DNA of 32,000 nt. It comes from Alkalilimnicola ehrlichii MLHE-1. Its GTDB lineage: Bacteria > Pseudomonadota > Gammaproteobacteria > Nitrococcales > Halorhodospiraceae. Each line of letters opens with the position of its first letter. The first letter of the stretch is position 1. Position numbers and translations under genes: made by a program. Location of the stretch: the NCBI RefSeq assembly GCF_000014785.1, contig NC_008340.1, positions 3,150,001 through 3,182,000 of the forward strand, read 5' to 3'. This document shows positions 25,950 to 32,000 of this stretch, piece by piece. The notes beneath the pieces were generated by a model that was not told where the DNA came from, did not search any database, and saw only the letters and a program-made list of their open reading frames with translations.

Positions 25950-27082
25950 TGCACCTGGCCTTCGCCCTGTTCAAGTACTTCCCCCACGGCGGCCTGCAGC
26001 GCAACTTCCGGCGCATCACCGAGCTGGCGCTGGAGCGCGGCCATCGGGTCGATGTCTACACCCTGGCCTGGAGTGGCTGGACGCCGGAACATCCGAACCT
26101 GACGGTGGAGGTGGTGAAGGTGCCCGGCTGGCGCAACCACACCCGCTACCGCCGCTTTGGTACCCACGTGCAGAAACGCCTGGCGGACAACCCGCCCGAC
26201 CGGGTGGTGGGCTTCAACAAGATGCCGGGGCTCGATGTCTACTACAACGCCGACCCCTGCTTCGTGGAGCGGGCGCAGGCGCGCCACCCGCTCTACCGCT
26301 GGTCGGGGCGCTACCGCCAGCACGCCGCCTTTGAGCAGGCCGTCTTCCGCGCCGACGCCCGCAACCACATCCTGCTGCTATCCGAAGCGGAGAAGCCGCT
26401 CTTCCAGCGCTGGTACGCCACCCCCGACGACCGTTTCCACCTGATGCCGCCCTACGTCTCCACCGACCGCTTCGCCGGCCCCGAGGCCCCGCACATCGGC
26501 GCCGGCCTGCGCCGGGAGCTGGGCCTGGGCGAGGCGGACCGCATGCTGCTGATGGTGGGCTCCGACTTCCGTCGCAAGGGGGTGGATCGCAGCATCCGTG
26601 CACTGGCCGCCCTGCCCGAATCGCCGCGGCGACGCACCCATCTCTATGTGCTGGGCAAGGGTCGTGCGGCAACCCAGGAAGCCCTGGCCCGGGGGCTCGG
26701 CGTGGCGGACCAGGTGCACTTCCTGCAGGGCCGGGACGACGTGGCACGCTTCCTCTTCGCCGCCGACCTGCTGCTCCACCCGGCCTACCAGGAGAACACC
26801 GGCACCGCCATTGTCGAGGCCATCGCCGCCGGGTTGCCCGCACTGGTGACCGGGAATTGCGGCTACGCCTTCCACATTGAGCGCGCCGGCAGCGGCCGGG
26901 TCCTGCCACCGCCCTTCACCCAGGCGGCCATGGACGAGGCCCTGGCTTCGATGATCGACAGCCCCGAGCAACCCCGCTGGCGCGAATACGCCCGGACCTA
27001 CGCCCGCCGGACCGAACTGGGCAGCCGCGCCGAGCACGCCCTGCGGGTCATCGAAGGCCCCCGCTACGGGGAGCATGGGTGA
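25949..27082 (+). CDS. waaG: LPS core glycosyltransferase, WaaG-like (GT4)
   Basis: MHLAFALFKYFPHGGLQRNFRRITELALERGHRVDVYTLAWSG, VVGFNKMPGLDVYYNADPCFVERA, LMVGSDFRRKGVDRSIRALAALP, LLLHPAYQENTGTAIVEAIAAGLPALVTGNCGYA; stop/start overlap with waaF. Confidence 0.92.
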   Translation: MHLAFALFKYFPHGGLQRNFRRITELALERGHRVDVYTLAWSGWTPEHPNLTVEVVKVPGWRNHTRYRRFGTHVQKRLADNPPDRVVGFNKMPGLDVYYNADPCFVERAQARHPLYRWSGRYRQHAAFEQAVFRADARNHILLLSEAEKPLFQRWYATPDDRFHLMPPYVSTDRFAGPEAPHIGAGLRRELGLGEADRMLLMVGSDFRRKGVDRSIRALAALPESPRRRTHLYVLGKGRAATQEALARGLGVADQVHFLQGRDDVARFLFAADLLLHPAYQENTGTAIVEAIAAGLPALVTGNCGYAFHIERAGSGRVLPPPFTQAAMDEALASMIDSPEQPRWREYARTYARRTELGSRAEHALRVIEGPRYGEHG

Positions 27083-27086
27083 GTCC

Positions 27087-27947
27087 ATGAGCCTGCGGCG
27101 AAACGAACTGGTGCTCGACCCGGGCTTCCAGGCCGACCTGCGGGCGACCTTCGGCCCCGGCGACCCCTTCGAGCAGGTGATGGCCCTGGACGGCGAGGTG
27201 GTGCGCGCCGTGGACGGGCGTCGCACCTTCCGCTTCGAGCTGGCCGGCCGGGCCTATTTCGCCAAGCTGCACACCGGCATGCCCTGGCCCCGCATCCTGC
27301 GCAAGCTCTCACAGTTTCGGGTCCCGGTGCTCGGGGCCGAGCCGGAGTGGCGGGCCATCCACCGGCTGCAGGCGCTGGGCGTGGCCACCACCCCGCCGGT
27401 GGCCTTTGGCGTGCGGCGGGGTCTGAACCCGGCGCGGGAGCGCTCCTTCGTCATCACCCGGGATCTGGGCCACACCCACACGCTGGAACAGGAATGCCTG
27501 CGCTGGCCGGAGGCGCCACCGGCCTATACATTCCGGGTGAAACTGATCCGGGAGGTGGCCCGCATCGCCCGCACGCTCCACGCTGACGGCATGAACCACC
27601 GGGACTTCTACCTCTGCCACTTCCGCCTGGACCTCAACGACGACCCGCCGGCAGTGCTGGCGGGCAGGCACTCGCCACGGCTCTATCTGATGGACCTGCA
27701 CCGGGTTCAGCGCCATCAGTCACTGCCCGAGCGGGCCCGGGTGAAGGATATCGGCGGGCTGTATTTCTCGGCCCTGGATATCGGCCTGACCCGACGCGAT
27801 CTCCTCCGCTTCATGCGCGCCTACCGGGGCACCACCCTGCGCCGGACACTGGCGGCGGATCGCACCTTCTGGCAGCAGGTGGCCGAGCGCGCGCGCTGGC
27901 AGTACCGTCGCGAGCACGGGCACGGGCCCGAGGGGCTCCCGCTATGA
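27087..27947 (+). CDS. rfaP: Lipopolysaccharide core heptose(I) kinase RfaP/WaaP-like
   Basis: FRFELAGRAYFAKLHTGMPWPRILRKLSQFRVPVLGAEPEWRAIHRLQALGVATTPPVAFGVRRGLNPARERSFVITRDLG, ADGMNHRDFYLCHFRLDL, LYLMDLHRVQ. Confidence 0.93.
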   Translation: MSLRRNELVLDPGFQADLRATFGPGDPFEQVMALDGEVVRAVDGRRTFRFELAGRAYFAKLHTGMPWPRILRKLSQFRVPVLGAEPEWRAIHRLQALGVATTPPVAFGVRRGLNPARERSFVITRDLGHTHTLEQECLRWPEAPPAYTFRVKLIREVARIARTLHADGMNHRDFYLCHFRLDLNDDPPAVLAGRHSPRLYLMDLHRVQRHQSLPERARVKDIGGLYFSALDIGLTRRDLLRFMRAYRGTTLRRTLAADRTFWQQVAERARWQYRREHGHGPEGLPL

Positions 27948-28789
27948 GGGGATATCGCCTCCTGCAATGGCTCGGCCTGGCCCCCCGACTGCTCCCCAGC
28001 GCTGGCGACCACCCGGCCCTGCGGGGTTGCTCGCTGGCCGTGGCGCGGGGTGAACCGCCCGCCGGCTGGACCCTCTTGGGCAGTTCCGCGCAGGCGCGGG
28101 TGGCCCGCGGCGAATGGCAAGGGGCCCCTGTCTTTCTCAAGGTACTGCTGCCCCGTCATCGCCTGGAGGAGCTGAAGGCCCTGGGCCGCGGGAGCCGTGG
28201 CGCCCGCGCCGTGGACCGCTCCATCCAGATGAGCCGGGACGGCTTCCCCACCCCGCCGGTACTGGCCTACGGCCGGGTCGAGGCCCGCCTGGAGTTTGTC
28301 CTCACCCAGGCTGTCCCCTATCCCGCCATGGTGGAGCTGGTCACCCGCACCTCAGGACCGGCACGCCTTAACCTGGCCGACCGGCGGTGCCTGCTCCGGC
28401 GATTCGGGGCGGAGATCGCCCGCCTGCACCGGGCCGGATGGGTACATGGCGACCTGCGCCTGGGCAACGTCCTGTGCGATCTGCAACAGGGGCCGGAGGC
28501 AGCGGAATTCTGGTACCTGGACAATGAGGGGAGCCACCGCAGCACAAAACCGCAGGACCGCCACCGCAACCTCATCCAACTGGCCATGACCCGGCGGGAC
28601 CATCAAAGCCGTACGGATCAGGTCCGCATGCTGAAGGGCTATGCTGAGGGCATGGGTATCGATAGTGGCGACTTCCGGCAATTGGCCAGGACTGTGGAGA
28701 GTGCCCGCGCACGCCGTTGGGCCCGCCGTATGGCCCGCGGCGGACCCAAGCCGCGCTTTCATCCGGAGCGGGAGGCGGAACGCCGGTGA
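27944..28789 (+). CDS. Second WaaP/Kdo-kinase superfamily protein (lipopolysaccharide kinase family)
   Basis: SLLGSSAQARVARGEWQGAPVFLKVLLPRHR-type glycine-rich/Lys region, GWVHGDLRLGNVLCDLQQGPEAAEFWYLDNEG catalytic loop; ATGA overlap with rfaP. Confidence 0.8.
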   Translation: MRGYRLLQWLGLAPRLLPSAGDHPALRGCSLAVARGEPPAGWTLLGSSAQARVARGEWQGAPVFLKVLLPRHRLEELKALGRGSRGARAVDRSIQMSRDGFPTPPVLAYGRVEARLEFVLTQAVPYPAMVELVTRTSGPARLNLADRRCLLRRFGAEIARLHRAGWVHGDLRLGNVLCDLQQGPEAAEFWYLDNEGSHRSTKPQDRHRNLIQLAMTRRDHQSRTDQVRMLKGYAEGMGIDSGDFRQLARTVESARARRWARRMARGGPKPRFHPEREAERR

Positions 28790-29586
28790 GCATCGTGCAG
28801 GGCCACGACAGCGGACTCCGCTATGCCTGCCAGGCCACCTCTCCCCTTCGCCGGATGCTGGAGGCCGGGGCGTGGCCGCCGGACCCTGCTCAGCTGACCA
28901 TCATCAAGCAGAACACCAAGGTCTCCAGCGGTTTTCTGCGCATCGGGGAGACCGGGCAACTTTTCTTCAAACGCTTTCCCGTCCGGGCGTGGCGGGCGCG
29001 CCTGCAACGGTGGCGCGGGCAGGACAGGGCGGCCAGCAACTGGCGGATCAGCCTCTGGCTCAGGGCGCAGCGGGTGGCCATCCCCCACCCCCATGCGGTC
29101 ATCTGGTCAGACGATTCATCCTGGTTCATCACCGATGCGCTGGATAATGCCGCCACACTGCAGGACGCCGTTGCCACGGCGGGCCCAGCGGGTGCCTCGG
29201 CAGCCCTTTGCCACCAGGCCGTGGCGGAGGTCAGCCGGATGCACGATGCCGGCGTCGTGCACGGCGACCTGAAGTGGGGCAATCTGCTGGTGGTTGGCGA
29301 CCGGGTCATGATCTCGGATCTGGACAGTGCCCGGCGCGTCCGCTCCGTCGGCCCCAGAGCGGCCGCACCGGATCTGGCGCGATTCCTCGTCAGCGGCCTG
29401 GAGCAGGGCCTCGACCAATCCTGGGCCCACGACACCCTGGCCCGTTACACCACGGCGCGCCGCCTTAAACCGACTAAACTGATCGGTCCGGTAAGACGAC
29501 GGGTCCGTCATATCAGCCGCACCCACCAACGGCGCTACCAGCGGCCACCTGTCGCCCTGACCCGACCGCACAGGTCCGCACCATAA
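28786..29586 (+). CDS. Third kinase-like protein (WaaP/lipopolysaccharide kinase superfamily)
   Basis: GETGQLFFKRFPVRAWRARLQRWRGQDRAASNWRISLWL, DAGVVHGDLKWGNLLVVGDRVMISDLDSARR (HGDLKWGN and DLD kinase motifs). GTG start overlaps the previous stop (GTGA). Confidence 0.82.
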   Translation: MSIVQGHDSGLRYACQATSPLRRMLEAGAWPPDPAQLTIIKQNTKVSSGFLRIGETGQLFFKRFPVRAWRARLQRWRGQDRAASNWRISLWLRAQRVAIPHPHAVIWSDDSSWFITDALDNAATLQDAVATAGPAGASAALCHQAVAEVSRMHDAGVVHGDLKWGNLLVVGDRVMISDLDSARRVRSVGPRAAAPDLARFLVSGLEQGLDQSWAHDTLARYTTARRLKPTKLIGPVRRRVRHISRTHQRRYQRPPVALTRPHRSAP

Positions 29587-29609
29587 GACTAACCAACACC
29601 AAGAAAATC

Positions 29610-30632
29610 GTGACGCACCAAAAACCCGCTATTCTGGTCATGCTGGATCGCCACCTGGGTAACTTTCTGGTCGCCAGCCCTGTCCTCGCCCACATCGCCC
29701 GGCACAATCCCACTAGATCCGTAATCAACGACTCGTTCCAGGCACTGGCCCGACGCATTCCCGGGTTTCCTGAGCCCTGTGCCCGCTTTCCTTCAAGGGC
29801 GGCCCCCCGGTGGCAACGGGCCACGGCCTTTCTGTCGGCATTGCGCACCATCCGTGCCCACCAGCCGGAGTGGCTGGCCGACTTCGGCGGCAGTAACTCC
29901 GGCGCCCTGCTCAGCGGCCTGTCCGGCGCCCCGATGCGCATCTGCCGTAAGCGCGCACCGCGCGCATGGCTCTACAACCGGCTCGCCGATTTCCCACCCC
30001 CCGAGGCCCACCGCATCGCCTACTACGGTGCGTTGGCGGAGGCCGCCGGGTTCGAGGGGCCCTGGGGCAGACCGGAGGTCGTGGCCACGGCGGAGGATCT
30101 GCACCGGTTCGAACAACTGCGCCTGCCCGACCTCGCACAGATCGTCTGCCTCCACGTGGCCGGCGGCAAATCGTACAAACACTGGCCGGTGGAGCGCTAT
30201 GCCGCGCTCAGCGACTGGCTGAGCGACCAGGGGCTGAGCCCGGCGCTGGTGGGGGCCGCGCCGGATCGCGCGGCGGCCGACCGGATGCTGGCACACTGCA
30301 CCCGGCCACCGTTGGATCTGGTTGCGCGGCTGGAACTGGGCCCACTGATTGCGCTCTTCCAGCGTTGCGGGCTGTTCGTGGGCAACGACAGCGGCCCCAT
30401 GCATCTGGCCGCCGCAGCCGGGGCCCCGATCGTAGCCCTCTTCGGCCCCACGGACCCTCGCCGGTGGGGGCCCCTCTCGGAGCGGGCGGTGATTGTCCGC
30501 GGCACCGAGCCTGTGCCCCCGGGCGAGGGCAAGAAATCCTTTGCCGATGGCCGGCGCATGGACAGCATCACTGTCGAGCAAGTACGCTCCGCGGTCGTTG
30601 AACAGTTGACGCTCGCACCTGGAGGCCGGTGA
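29610..30632 (+). CDS. Glycosyltransferase family 9 (heptosyltransferase-like)
   Basis: GTG start; ILVMLDRHLGNFLVASPVLAHIAR, VCLHVAGGKSYKHWPVERYAALSDWL, FVGNDSGPMHLAAAAGAPIVALFGPTDPRRWGPL. Confidence 0.9.
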   Translation: MTHQKPAILVMLDRHLGNFLVASPVLAHIARHNPTRSVINDSFQALARRIPGFPEPCARFPSRAAPRWQRATAFLSALRTIRAHQPEWLADFGGSNSGALLSGLSGAPMRICRKRAPRAWLYNRLADFPPPEAHRIAYYGALAEAAGFEGPWGRPEVVATAEDLHRFEQLRLPDLAQIVCLHVAGGKSYKHWPVERYAALSDWLSDQGLSPALVGAAPDRAAADRMLAHCTRPPLDLVARLELGPLIALFQRCGLFVGNDSGPMHLAAAAGAPIVALFGPTDPRRWGPLSERAVIVRGTEPVPPGEGKKSFADGRRMDSITVEQVRSAVVEQLTLAPGGR

Positions 30633-31813
30633 ACGTAACCATGAATGACCTGCCACTAGCAGGCCGCCGTATCGGTTTTCTTCTCGAGCACCCCGTGACC
30701 GTGGGCGCGGACGTCCAGGAACAGATGGCGGCCTGCCGGCGGCTGGGTGCCCATGTCACCGCCTGCTTTTTGTCCGGGACACCCTCCGAGTTCCCCGGCC
30801 ACGGCTCAAGCGCTGATGACTTGACGGGCCTGAATCTGCCCGTGGAGGCGATCTCTGGCCATCGTATCGGCGCAGCGCGACGACTGCGCCATCTGCTCAG
30901 GAAACGGCCGCTCGACACCCTCGTTTGCGATCAGTACAAGGCCATCAGCACCGCAGCATTGGCCACGTTCTTCCCACACGCCGAGGCACCCGCCATTGTT
31001 GCTCTCCTTCGCGGCTATCACGCGGTGTCCTCACCCAGCCGGCGGCGGTTCTACCGGCTGTTCGGGCGGCACATCCGCGCTTTTATCACGCTCAGCGCAG
31101 CGCAACAGCAACAAATCCGGAACCTGCTGACCTGGTTCCCCCCGGATCGCATCCACGTCGTCCCGGTCCACCTCGACCTGGACCGGCTGGCCGGTGCCAT
31201 GTTGCCGGCGAACGAGGCCCGCCGACAACTGTGCCTGCCCGGGTCGGCCGTGCTATTCGGCTGCATTTCGCGCCTGCACCCCAGTAAGCGGGTCATGGAC
31301 CTCGTTGAGGCCACCAGGCTATTGCGGGAACGAGGCGTGGAATTCCACTTGGTCATTATCGGTGGCGGTAAGCAGGAGGATGCGCTGAGAAAACGCATCG
31401 CGGAAGCCGACCTTGACGGCACCGTCCGGCTGACCGGGCGCCTGGAGTCGGCGCACCGCTATATGCCCGCCTTTGATGCCTTCATCCTGCCCTCCCCCTG
31501 CGAATCCTTCGGACGGGTGTTCCTGGAGGCCCACGCCGCCAAGACCCCCATTATCGCGGCCGATGGTGCTGCCGCTCCCGAGGTGGCCGGTCCCGCCGCG
31601 CTCCTCTTTCAGCCCACGAATGCGGCAGACCTCGCCGACAGGATGCTCGAATTCATGGCGCAAGGGCCTGAGGAGCAACTGAACGCAGGACAGATTGGGG
31701 AGGAGTACGCCAGGCGGCATTTCAGCCAGGAAGCTCTGGACCGGCATTTGCAAAAGGCCCTGGAAAAAAAAGGATTACTGGCGGAATCCCGAGACCCTGG
31801 CGCTCATCGGTGA
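30629..31813 (+). CDS. Glycosyltransferase family 4
   Basis: LFGCISRLHPSKRVMDLVEATRLLRERGVEFHLVIIGGGKQEDALRKRIAEADLDGTVRLTGRL, FDAFILPSPCESFGRVFLEAHAAKTPIIAADGAAAPEV; GTGA overlap with the upstream gene. Confidence 0.9.
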   Translation: MNVTMNDLPLAGRRIGFLLEHPVTVGADVQEQMAACRRLGAHVTACFLSGTPSEFPGHGSSADDLTGLNLPVEAISGHRIGAARRLRHLLRKRPLDTLVCDQYKAISTAALATFFPHAEAPAIVALLRGYHAVSSPSRRRFYRLFGRHIRAFITLSAAQQQQIRNLLTWFPPDRIHVVPVHLDLDRLAGAMLPANEARRQLCLPGSAVLFGCISRLHPSKRVMDLVEATRLLRERGVEFHLVIIGGGKQEDALRKRIAEADLDGTVRLTGRLESAHRYMPAFDAFILPSPCESFGRVFLEAHAAKTPIIAADGAAAPEVAGPAALLFQPTNAADLADRMLEFMAQGPEEQLNAGQIGEEYARRHFSQEALDRHLQKALEKKGLLAESRDPGAHR

Positions 31814-31815
31814 AT

Positions 31816-32000
31816 TCAGGGACGTTCCGGTATCAGGGCGATGAGCCGGTCCACCGCCTCGGGCGTGCCATTGGCGTAAGCCCGTTCCGCCCCATTGGCC
31901 AAGATCCGGGCTTGGCGGTCGGGGTCGGCATGCAGTGCCTCCACGGCACTCGCGATGCCCTCGTCGTCCGCGTCCGCCGGCACGATCCGGCCTTGCGCCG
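31816..32000 (-). CDS. C-terminal end of a further gene, probably a glycosyltransferase (truncated by window end)
   Basis: Reverse-strand frame reads ...AQGRIVPADADDEGIASAVEALHADPDRQARILANGAERAYANGTPEAVDRLIALIPERP*, resembling a GT4 C-terminus; not in the supplied ORF track. Confidence 0.6.
   Translation of the reverse strand, partial: AQGRIVPADADDEGIASAVEALHADPDRQARILANGAERAYANGTPEAVDRLIALIPERP

Noticed and set aside
1-32000. CRISPR arrays, tRNA/rRNA genes, prophage or IS transposase genes
   Set aside because: No regularly spaced direct repeats, no recognisable RNA gene sequence and no transposase or phage protein among the ORFs were found by reading.

Overview
High-GC bacterial chromosomal segment, probably a gammaproteobacterium. 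Gene content resembles Ectothiorhodospiraceae, but that placement is inference only. Left to right: the C-terminal end of an HNH endonuclease; SPOR-domain protein and argS (-); dinB (+); a small membrane protein (-); ruvB with a translationally coupled FucA-like class II aldolase (+); a giant NAD-glutamate dehydrogenase (+); an alkaline-phosphatase-superfamily protein (-); an alpha/beta hydrolase; an exodeoxyribonuclease III-like gene and a small Wzz-like membrane protein (+); a large MscS-family channel (-); a malonate-type module (malonyl-CoA decarboxylase, TRAP transporter M/Q/P and GntR regulator on -, malonyl-CoA synthetase on +); and a tightly coupled LPS-core cluster (waaF-like, waaG-like, rfaP-like, two more WaaP-superfamily kinases, GT9, GT4), ending in a partial convergent glycosyltransferase. 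The most striking non-coding signal is a 221-bp nested inverted-repeat element (4281-4501) with perfect 47-bp terminal arms that fills most of the intergenic region just upstream of ruvB. I found no CRISPR array, rRNA, tRNA, prophage or recognisable transposase. No clearly new multi-gene system is supported. The main leads are the ruvB-proximal palindromic element, the unusual ruvB neighbourhood, the TRAP-type malonate module with a candidate operator, and the three tandem LPS kinase-like genes.
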